A stretch of DNA of 64,000 bases. Source: Octopus vulgaris. Its lineage: Eukaryota. The translations under genes and the position numbers were made by a program. The stretch's first letter is position 1; each line of letters opens with the position of its first letter. The DNA lies in contig OX597823.1 of NCBI GenBank assembly GCA_951406725.2, positions 69,254,001-69,318,000 on the forward strand, in the 5' to 3' direction. Positions 52,766 through 64,000 of the stretch are shown piece by piece. A model generated the notes under the pieces. The model was not told where the DNA came from. It ran no database searches and was given only the letters and a program-made list of their open reading frames with translations.

Positions 52766-54602
52766 AATGTATTACTGTTGCGTTGCTGTTTCATTTGAAT
52801 AAAATTTGAAATTTCAAAGTTGAAACAAAATTTTTAAAGGAATAATATTAAAAACATGGAAGGAATAGATTAACCTTGTTAGTTAAACATTTAAGAGGTA
52901 ACAAGGCAGATTGCATCTGATCACTCGATTTGTTAGAAATAACAATGAAATCTACCTCTTACTCCATTGTTTTAGAAAGTAAATTTAGTCTAAAATTACA
53001 TTAGATGACGTATAAGACACACAGTACACAATAAAGATGGGATGGATATAATTGGAAGGCTTTTGATCATAGGACGGTTTGGCTCTAACAAACCTGAGGT
53101 TTAATATCACAGCATCGTTAAAATTATCCGCATTTGAACAGGGCAGATTCAAGTGGTCACTTGACTTGCAAGACACGTTATGCCTATATGTTCCTATACA
53201 TGTTTAAAATCTCAACAATAACCAAATATATTTTTATGTATTTTCCGTTAATGTTTTTCAAATTTGACAAATACAGGCATACCTCGACTTCTGTTTGTTT
53301 CGAGGAACATTCTATTCGACTTTACATCGATTTAGTTTTAAAGATTTTCATGGAAACAATAAACCTCAACTTCAGTTGATTTATCCGACTTTGCGCAAGT
53401 TTCAGCGAATATATTTACAAGCATAAATCTAAAACAAAACACCTAAAGCCCAATACTGAAATGGAAAATCACATAAAATGCACACGAAAGTACATAGAAA
53501 TAATTTATGTAAACAGATATAAGCTAATAAATTTTTCAAGTGGTTTTTTCGCACTACTTCAGTTTTCGAATGAAGTTGCATGTCTCGGAACCAATTACCG
53601 AGGTGGGTTGAGGTATGCCTTTATTGTTCAACAATAATTGCTAACACAGTTGAACGCAGTATTGACTTATAAAAACGTTTAATACACTTTATAGTATATT
53701 GTGATTGCATGAGGAAATATCGTGTCACAACAAGTCATTAATATTTACATAGCAGCTTCTAGGAATGTTTTTAATATATCCAATAACGCTACACCAATGT
53801 ATTTAGTCACTATTTAAGCAATGTGTTTGCGGATGATTAATGGATTGGACGGGTGCTGAGGAAGAAGCAAAAACTCCCGAAATATGGGTTATACGCATTA
53901 CCTATTTTTCATCTTCGATATCATTGTTTACATCTGGCGTTTCGGATACGGGATATCGTAACAAAACTCAGTGCTAGCTATAGTTTAAATAGAATATCTG
54001 TAGCGATAACATTAACAAAGGAAGTAACTGAAGCGTACACAGAAATGCTCTCACTTCTGAAATAGCACAAGTTTGGCTTGGCCGAGCGATAGCTGAACGA
54101 TCCTCGGGACTTACATCAGAAGAGCCTTCTACTAGAAAGATATTTTTAAAAGAAATTGGAGTCTATAAATCAGAAGTTGACTTGCAGCGCGCTGGTTCAC
54201 AAACATGTGTATTTCTATTTTTTCAAGCAATTACTTGAAAATCGATGACCAGGCACCCATTGGACGGCTACATATTTTTGTTCTGCTCGGTTTCTACTAG
54301 GTTTCCTCCTGAGGTGAGCCTTGTCGGAGCGTCAGATTAATTTATGTATGCATGCATGCATGTATGTATGTGTTTGTATGTATGTATGCATGTTACATGT
54401 ATATATATATATATATATGTATATATATTTAGTGTATATATAAATTTCCGCATATAAACTTCAAATTTCCGCACTAAGGCACGGGTTTGAGACCCCATGG
54501 TCGTAACCTCAACCGTGATTTTTTCTGTTGTGATTTTTGCTACCCAGGTATCGGTTATCTTTTGAATAATCCGTAACAAGATAATTCATTTATCCATTTC
54601 AA

Positions 54603-54670
<68 letters not shown>

Positions 54671-54764
54671 GAGAGAGAGAGAGGAGGAGGAGGAAAAAAA
54701 CAAGAAGTTTGCGAGACAAAGTCAAATGTTTATGCGATTGCTGAAAACAAAAAGTAAAAACAAG

Positions 54765-54802
<38 letters not shown>

Positions 54803-54805
54803 CAT

Positions 54806-54865
<60 letters not shown>

Positions 54866-55253
54866 TGCATATGCATCTATGTGTGTTTGAAGGAGACACA
54901 AAATAATATATTGTTCATTTCTATTGGTAAATTTCTATTAAATTTTTCCTAGTTCCTACAAGCAAGTAATGTTTAACTGGAAATATTAAGAAGGTGTGAT
55001 TTAGCTTCGTTTCAAAATATAGTAATTTAACTCGACGGCAGTATTTTTTTATTGAGTACAGAAGAATCAATAATGTTGTTTATAGTGGGATATTACCATC
55101 GTTTACATACGCTATAATTACCTCTATCATCAGTATTACAATCATTATTATTGTATAGATATAGTTATAATTTTTCGAAACAATACCTCATATGGTTACA
55201 CATCTGTGGATGCATATATGTCCATATATATATATGTGTGCGTGTGTGTATTT

Positions 55254-55309
<56 letters not shown>

Positions 55310-56364
55310 GCAGACATATATCTATACATATATATATGTACACATACACACACACATATTTATTCATCCTCCTGTGTGAAAACTGATATATCATGATTAC
55401 GCTTTTTAGAAAAATTATACCTATATTGATGTGATTATGATAATGATGATGATGATGATGATGATGATGATGTTGCTGAGGATGCTGTTTATGATGATTA
55501 TTACGATGATGGCAATTATAGAAGTTTATAGAAGTGATTATTATGTTGGAGAATGTTGACAATTTCCAGCTGTAATAAGAGCTTTGCATCCCTAGTATTA
55601 AAATAAGAATTGCCTCACCGTTTTATAAAAATATATTAAGGACTCAGACAACTTTCATTTTCAAAACTATTGATATATGTTCTTTTTAATATGCTATCTG
55701 TTTGTATAGAGCACCATATCCCAAATATTAAAACTACTTGTTCGACAAGAAATGATCGGATAAAGTCAGTAAGAAAGTAGATACTTAATGGAAATTAAAT
55801 AAAATCAAATAGGGGAAGAGTCATCACTTCAGGATATCGTTAGAGCCTCGACCTCCTCTGTGTTTGGGAAAGAAATACATACACAATATAGATTCATGTG
55901 TATAGACGCACTGACACACGCATGCACTCTCACACACAGTCGTGTGTAAACGTATTGAGTGTAAGAAAAGTAGGATAGCGAGCAGGATAGTAGGAGCGAG
56001 TTTGAGAGAGTATGGCAAGCGAGAAACAGGAGGCGAGGAAATCTCAGTCCCCTTTTGGAATTTAGGTTCATGCATGTATCCAGTTTCAAGGCATAAATTT
56101 TCGCTTGTGCGTGCAGGGACTGGAGATTCCTTTTTTAAATCAGTAGCACAAAACCTGCATTTCCTGTTCGCGTTTGAATGTGGTTTGCATTTTGAATGAT
56201 TCTCCGGCTTACGTATATTCTGTTCTTTTAAGCAAATTTAGCAATTCCTTTGGGCGCATAATACACATGCATATATTTTAAGCAATCTTTGTACAAAAGC
56301 AAGTAAAATCGAAACGACCATTATCAATTATCTTTCTACATATAATTTAAGTAAACCAGTAAAA

Positions 56365-56490
56365 ACATCCGAAGACGGGTGTGTAAACAACAAACAGATG
56401 TATTCGTTTTACGCTCGGGAAGTGAGAAAGTCTTTAGCATTTCGAGCCGACGCTCTTCAACAGAAATTTACACAGAAATAAGCAGAGAAA
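56365..56490 (-). mobile_element. Probable PLE pLTR fragment with a degenerate minimal hammerhead-like motif
   Basis: Reverse strand: ttt-CTGTTGA-a-gagc gtcg gctc-GAAA-tg-ct-aaa; core substitutions present. Confidence 0.4.
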
Positions 56491-57697
56491 GAAAATTTTT
56501 CTAGCTGCCTATTACATGAGTAATCAATTTAGGCATGAATACATTTTGATCCACTTTTTCTCCGAGAAAAACGTCTTAAATACTACTTGGACTGAATATC
56601 TCTTATTCGCCCAGGATTAAAATAATAGTACCGTTGTTGTTCTAGGACCTACTTCACAGCTAGGTCACTTCTCTAAGAATTTTATGTTTCGTTGTAAAAT
56701 AAGGAATCATTAAGGGAGCTTAATAAACTCAAGTCCTTTAAGAAGTGTAGAATGCAATTTTTCAGACATATTCCCGGGTAGTGTGGAGGAAAAAATGGTT
56801 AAGATAGTGTGGGCTGATGATTTGAGTTAAACATTCTCTTATTTGTTAAAAAGCAATGAGGGAATGTCTCGCCAAAGGATTAATTTTTTTATGCCCCTTT
56901 TGTTCCCTTATTCTACATTGTGTTACTTGTGTGCATATGACACTACAAGCACATGTATATACGAGTGTGTATATGCTTATGTAAATCTATCTATCTAATC
57001 TATCTTATATATACACACACACACACACACACGCATACATACACTTATATAGATGTATAATATACATAAGTACATGCACGCACAGACACAAGCACACACA
57101 CACATACAAACACATGTATATACACAGCTAACCCATGCATAAAACATATGTATTAAGCACTGATTATGAAAATGTTTGATGTACAATGTGAAACGAAGCC
57201 TACAATGCGCATCTGCACCAGGCCTGTTACCTATTTGGCACGAATCTGCCAGCAGCCGAAGTAACAACACCTCTTTCTGTATCATTCTCATTCTCAGACA
57301 AAGAGCATAGTTTCGAAACTCATTATTCACTAATCACTGCAAATGAATTCCTTAAAGTCATTTGTGAACACATTTATCGACTAATTATAGCCGACACTGT
57401 CAATCAGGAGTTTTACCTGGTTTCGAATATTACAATTATCTTCCTTAAGTTTAGTTTTTACCATTTGAGCATTCACTAAATGTAGTGACGAAACAATGTT
57501 GTATTTTGTTTTTCTTGATTCGCTTCTTTATTTCTGATAACCATTTCCGTAAGGATGTTGGGTTTTGAAGCTTCTAGAATCAATTAGATGTCATATGCAC
57601 ATTGCATTTCATCATATCACATTCATAGAAAAAGAAACGGCAATAAAAAACATCCATTCAATTCCAATATAATTAGTAAAAATATTAGCATTTACAT

Positions 57698-58047
57698 TAA
57701 GGGTTCTCAACCATTTTTTTTATCTGTGAACCCCTCTAATTACTATTTTATTCTGGTGGACCCCTTTAGCCATTCGATGTTTAATAACTAGTTTTATATA
57801 CCCTTTTTTGAATATTCTTATCGTTTTTCACACATTAACTTGTATAGATGGAACTACGTAAAATGTTAGAGAAAGAAACCGAGCTGTTGCTCGCAATACA
57901 TACCAATATATACACCTAAAGCAAATTCTTTTCAAGGGCACTTAAAATACTATTGTGGCTCCCCAATTTATTTGTTTTATTGCGTGGATCCCCCAAAATC
58001 CTATATGGAACTTCAGAGACCATATGGACCCTGGCGTGGAACCACTG
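57698..58047. mobile_element. Old hAT-type MITE
   Basis: Ends taagggttctcaacc ... ggcgtggaaccactg resemble CAGTGGTTCTCAACC TIRs; 8-bp flanks atttacat/atttgcag (6/8 match); internal ggaccc motifs. Confidence 0.6.
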
Positions 58048-58563
58048 ATTTGCAGAATCATTAATATAGATGTATGTAGAGGGCATTTACTTAAATGTAA
58101 ATCCGTATTAAAGTGAGTTAGAGGTGAGTATAAAGCAAGCAACACAGAGATAATAAATTGGATTAAAGATAAAAACAAAAGAGGTGTATGTTACAGTGAA
58201 ATGAGATAAGTAGTTTCTAACGACTAAGTCGTATGCGGAATATCGATGGTAAACGTATATCGTGAAACTACCCTGAGGAAACGAGAATAAATCAATTAAC
58301 TGATATCAAAAGAATAGTAACATTCAGTGGAATATTTGTTTTCGAAAACGAAAGGTGATTTCGAAGGCTTGATTGTGACGCTCTTGACCTCTTATTTCAG
58401 ATGTAGGAACAGATCCAATGTCAAATATTTATAAGTGATCTGATAACGTATGATAAACTCTTTGAAATATGATTTTGAAAATCTACAGAATGACGTAAAT
58501 ATTTATAGACGTGGTTAATTTGATAAAGGACATCTTGTGTGGGAAATACTTTCCTAAAAAGCA

Positions 58564-58631
58564 ATAAATTACAAGCTATAACTCACGTGACTTGTAATTT
58601 ATACACGTGACTTGTAATTTATACACGTGAC
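58564..58631. repeat. 20-bp tandem repeat x2.5 (cacgtgacttgtaatttata) with an upstream inverted half-unit
   Basis: Direct reading; three CACGTGAC motifs. Confidence 0.8.
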
Positions 58632-58738
58632 CTCTGACCTGCACTTTACTTACATGACTGACGTTTCATAATCTCGTTATAAAGCAACTTGTTTATTGAA
58701 ACTGAAATCAACAGAAACTAAATTAAGTGATCAAAATA

Positions 58739-58907
58739 GGCGCGGGAGTGACTGTGTGTTAAGTAGCTTTTTTACCAACCACATTGTTGTGGGTTCAGTC
58801 CCACTGCGTGGCACGTTCGGCAAGTGACTTCTGCTATAGCCTCGGACCGACCAAAGCCTTGTGAGTGGATTTGGTAGATGAAAACTGAAAGAAGCAAGTA
58901 GTATATA

Positions 58908-58982
<75 letters not shown>

Positions 58983-59196
58983 GTGTGTATATTTGTGTGT
59001 CTGTGTTTGTCCCCCAACATTGCTTGACAACCGATGCTTGTGTGTTTACGTCCCCGTAACTTAGCGGTTCGGCCAAAGAGACCGATAGAATAAGTACTAG
59101 GCTTACAAAGAATAAGTCCTGGGGTTTATTTTTTCGACTAAAGGCGGTGCTCCAGCATGGCTGCAGTCAAATGACTGAAGCAAGTAAAGAGTAAAG
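58739..59196 (+). mobile_element. Full-length tRNA-derived SINE with internal (TA)n/(TG)n and CR1-like tail
   Basis: ggcgcgggagtgactgtgtgttaagtagc...gggttcagtccc; tail ggcggtgctccagcatggctgcagtcaaatgactgaagcaagtaaagag. Confidence 0.9.
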
Positions 59197-60701
59197 CATA
59201 AAGATTAAATATAATTTGCAACATTCATTTAGGGTCTTTGATAAAAAACCAACGCTTTCTTAGTATTTATTTTATTTATTTATTTTTAATCAAGAAAGGC
59301 TTAATGAAACTGAGGAGAATGACTAAACATAATATATCAAATCAAAAAGAAATAAATAACACTGTAAAAGGAAACAGATGTAAAGTTTGAAATAAATCAT
59401 GCATGGGGAGGGTACATCACCGTACTAATAGTTGCACTACTTTTCCTTTTTTATCATTTTAAATTGCATTTGTGAATATTAGCGTCGTTTGCTCCATGAT
59501 TCCATTGGGACACAGTACACAATATTTCAAAATGATAAAGAATTATTTGTACAACAGGCTAAATTTTCGGTTTAATGTTTTATATCTTTCTAAAATGTTG
59601 CGGTCATATATAGGTCTAATATTTATAGGAAAAAAATAAGTGTAATATTTCGGAATTTATTATTTAGTCAACAATGCAGAGAAATATTTGAAGATAGTGT
59701 AGGGGTAGATACGAAAACGGTTACGAAATAAACGTAAAAGTGAAGATGAGAGGGAATTTACTTACGTTATCAATTGTTAAACGTATATAATCATCTATGG
59801 AGCGGTATAGAAAAGTTATTTTTAGTAATATCGAAAAAATTGTTTATAATTTTAACGATATTCATCATAGAAAAACTAAAGAATAAAGTTATATGACTTT
59901 GATGTAGTGTAGAGGAGATAACAATTAATGGAAAATGGAGTCATATATACATTGTTTTATAAAAATAAAAAAGTAAATAGATTGACAGCAGATATACATG
60001 AATTTGTACACTCCACATTTTATATGTTTTACATACCTTTATGCATAATTTTATGCATATACATACTGATACAGCCATATATACATGTTCACATGAGTTT
60101 TGTACATAGAAAGCACACACAGATAAATACTTACGTATACATACATATATATACGAACATCTACAAACAGATATCTAATCAGACGATGATGTATATACTA
60201 ATATATCCGCACACATCAACACCTTGGTATTTATCCTTATACATACAATACTCACACATATGTACACTTATGCTCGTAAATAATGCTTATATACCGGCCA
60301 GAAGGCATATTTGGCCATATAAGTTTACATACGTACATATATACACATAAAAATTATTAAAACGTTTTAAAGAATTATGAAAGAATTATAAAAAATATCA
60401 TAAAAATTCATATAAAGATTACAAAAAGATTTATAAAAAAATTAACAAAAATTTAAGACAAAATTATGAAACCCAAATTTACAAAAATATTTATAAAAAA
60501 GTTGATATATATATATATATGTGTGTGTATATATAAATATAAAAGAGTAACAAAGATGTACAGGTGTGAAGAATACACAGCCAGAATATCAAGTGCAAAC
60601 GCTTCTGCACAGAGTTTGATATTCACCTGATGTTGTTTGGGTGTGCAAATTAGATTGAACTAACAAGGTGCTTCAAATTAAATGCCTGATTCAACTGAAT
60701 C

Positions 60702-60784
<83 letters not shown>

Positions 60785-61309
60785 CGTGTGTGTGTGTGTG
60801 TGCTTGTGTATATACATATATATACAATTACATATATATGTATATATATACATATAAATGTATATATATATATACACATATATGTATATATATATACATA
60901 TATATGTATATATATGTGTATATATATATACATATATATATATAAATATATGTATATATATATGTAATATATGTGTTTATATATATATATATATGTACGT
61001 ATTTGAGTGTGTGTGTGTGTGTGTTTGTGTGTGTAAGCAAAAATATTAGTTATAAAATCCCTCTAAGTGATCGAAGCAGTAGTTGCACTGACAAGTAATA
61101 TTCGTGCGGACTCTGATCAATTTTTTAATCCCAAGAGGGCATCTCCTCTAGCTGGTTAACGATGCACAGCTGCATCCGATATGATTGTCAGCAGGAGATG
61201 TTCGGAGATGTCCTCTAGGGGTTAAAATATAGCGGTAGAATCGACTCGCACGGAAAGCCATGTTAAAGTGGTTACGAATATTACTTATATATATCTACAT
61301 AACATTCTA

Positions 61310-61548
61310 TTTGTTACTTGTTTCAGCCATTTTTATCTGCGTCCCCCCTGAGGCACCGCTTGAAGTGTGTTAGTGAAACAAATCGACCACATGATTTTTT
61401 TTTAGCTTGGTACTTATTCTATCAGTCTCTTTTTCCGAATCGCTAAGTTACGGGGACGTAAACACACCAGCACCGGTTGCTAAATGATGGTGGAGAACAA
61501 ACACAGACACAAAGACATGCTCACACGCACACACACACACACACACAG

Positions 61549-61619
<71 letters not shown>

Positions 61620-61755
61620 CGAAAGGCTTCTTTCAGAATTCAATTACCAAATCTACTCAAGGCTTTCGTCGACCCGAGGCTAAGGTAGACAATACTTGTC
61701 TAAGATACCACGCAGTGGAAGTGAATCCGGGACCACGTCGTTGGAACAGTAAACT
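61310..61755 (-). mobile_element. Degenerate SINE (family of 58739)
   Basis: gtacttattctatcagtctcttttt..cgctaagttacggggacgtaaacacaccagca. Confidence 0.8.
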
Positions 61756-61775
61756 ATATATCTAAATCTATCTAT

Positions 61776-61862
<87 letters not shown>

Positions 61863-61891
61863 GGCAGAGACAGACAGACAGACAGACAGAC

Positions 61892-61956
<65 letters not shown>

Positions 61957-62732
61957 CGAATAGGATGATAATTTATTTACCCTTACAAAGCAGAAATGTT
62001 GGTCAACAAGCATCTTTCTAAGGGCAATTTACCCAACGTTTCTGCTGTACAAACGGTGTCTTTACGTTCGGAAATAAATCATCATCCTCTTTGTATCTAT
62101 ATACAGATTTCGGCGCTTATAAAAAAAAAAAAAAAAAAACAAATGTTAATTTGTTCACTGCAGTAAGAGACGTGCAGATGGGACCGAGCAGTGGTTGGCA
62201 AACGAACATCTGAACTACTTAATCGTGACTGCATCATTTTATTAGACATTGGCGAGAACACGGTAAACTATCTAGAATTTTCCATAAACCTGTTAACCAC
62301 AATTTTATTGTGATTCATTGGTAACAGTGTACATATTTATTGCTGCGATTATATATGATATATTTCAACTATTTTGGAATTTTATTTGAAAGGTTATAAA
62401 TGTCCACATTAATTAGATATCTTAGAATTAGTTATATGTGTATTAATTTTATGCGAAATATTTAGACCATATGCAGTTTCGAAGATGAGGATTCAGGCGT
62501 TCTTTCAACTAAATTTATTCACTCATTGAACTACAGGGTAATAGGTCGATCAATTTACTGATCAATTTCGCAAGACAATGCTAAATTCCACTTTTTCAGG
62601 ATGTACGTATAGTATCGAACTCGCGACATTATAATTCCGAAGCGAACTTCTTAATCATTTGGCCATGCTGATCTGTTATGCTGTATCATAATTTATTATA
62701 ACTGTAAATAAATAAATAAATAAATAAATAAA

Positions 62733-62900
62733 GCGGCGAGTTAACAGAAGAATTAGATCGTGGGCCGTTTTTAAAGTTTTGTTGAGGTCAACTTTGCCTT
62801 TCATACTTTTGTGGTTGATAAAATAAAGAGCCGCTCAAATAATGGCGTCGATGATATCAACTGACACCTGGTCTCCAAATCTGTGCCTAAATTAGAAGCC
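62733..62900 (+). mobile_element. Degenerate Meta-like SINE after (TAAA)n
   Basis: gcggcgagttaacagaa...gaggtcaactttgcctttcatac..gttgataaaataaag. Confidence 0.65.
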
Positions 62901-64000
62901 ATTATGGTAATTGTAAAATTGGCTGAGTTGCTACGAGATGCAGAAATTACTACCTGCTACTGTAACTATAAATACATTTGTTAAATACTATTGCAGTAGT
63001 TCTGTAGTAGATGCCAGAGGAACGTACTGAGGATTAAAGCTTGGTGCAAATAATCTTTAATTTTGGATCATTCACATTTCAAAGTGGAGACTTATAAATG
63101 TGGTGAGTAGGCAAAGTCATTAGTATCGGAATTCAAATGTCATTGAGATCAACTTTGTCTCTGATTTTGGGGACAATTAGAAAAATACTAGACTAGTATT
63201 GTGGCGATTTATTTCGCATATTCCCCCTCACATACCTCACTTCCTCTCCCTTTTCTTCCTTCCTCTCTATTCTTTCTTTCTCTTCTCCTTCACCCCCTTC
63301 TCTCTTCCCTCACTCCCCACCCTCTTTGGAAGAAATGAGCCGTTTTGAAAGTTAGAGAGAGAAGGGTTCCGCTTGAACTTAAATCATGATGCTGTCCATA
63401 CGAGAGCCCTCACACACTCACACTTATAAAATGATTCAAGCAATAATGTTTTTCTATGTATAACATGGATGTACTAGTAAAACTCTTTTCCCCCCGGGAT
63501 ATTACTATAAGAGAAGTCGTAGTTAGCTGGGCAAATTAGCAAAACACCAATTATCTTTAAAATAATCTAAAACAATCTTGTTGTACTAACATGTTACAAC
63601 CATTGACCAAATCATCAATATTTAAGTATCTTAGCCATATGTAAAGCAGACGTGCTGAGTAAGTTAATGGTATTTGTCGTTTATATTATCCAATCAATCG
63701 TCTTAAAAGTTAGGTTATTTCATAAGAAAATATATCAGCAAAAAATTTGTTGCAAAAGTTATCTCTCGGAGAAAGAAAAACACAAAATAAGATATTCGAG
63801 CAAATAAAAGGAGAAAAAAGATATTAACAAAGAAACAGTTGAAAATATAATACTAAGCTATAATATATATTGTTATTCTATTGACAATTTTAGCAATGCA
63901 ATTTTACAAATTCCCCGATGTAATATTAACCTGATAAAGAATCAATAGGATTCCTGGTTACTTTTGCTCTAAGGTGATGTCTTTTGACATATTTATTCTG

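Noticed and set aside
55800-56260. Possible GIY-YIG C-terminal remnant near the 56431 motif
   Set aside because: No convincing protein motif in the reverse-strand frames translated
60345-60500. A-rich ~11-bp periodic stretch
   Set aside because: Degenerate low-complexity repeat with no spacers; not CRISPR-like

Overview
AT-rich, microsatellite-dense, gene-free (intergenic or large-intron) eukaryotic DNA. Its SINE, LINE and microsatellite content resembles an octopus (coleoid cephalopod) genome; this is inferred from repeat motifs only. No intact host CDS is supported, and nearly all listed ORFs are translations of (TA)n/(CA)n/(TATC)n repeats. The window holds decayed LINE fragments (RTE, Tx1/L1-like, CR1-like, R4/Dong-like), many tRNA-derived SINEs and a few MITEs. 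The main signal is a set of ORF-less, sequence-unrelated elements that sit in (TA)n tracts. They form tail-out inverted repeats, the largest a ~3.3 kb palindrome at 24103-27430. Several carry type I hammerhead ribozyme motifs with palindromic or near-palindromic stem III (296-358 and 166-228; 27362-27413 and 24120-24170; 34073-34143; partial motifs at 9265-9354, 17954-18006, 54291-54335, 56431-56466). This is the architecture of non-autonomous Penelope-like element (PLE) pLTRs. Also seen: local fold-back inverted duplications centred on microsatellites, and three SINE/LINE pairs with shared 3' tails.
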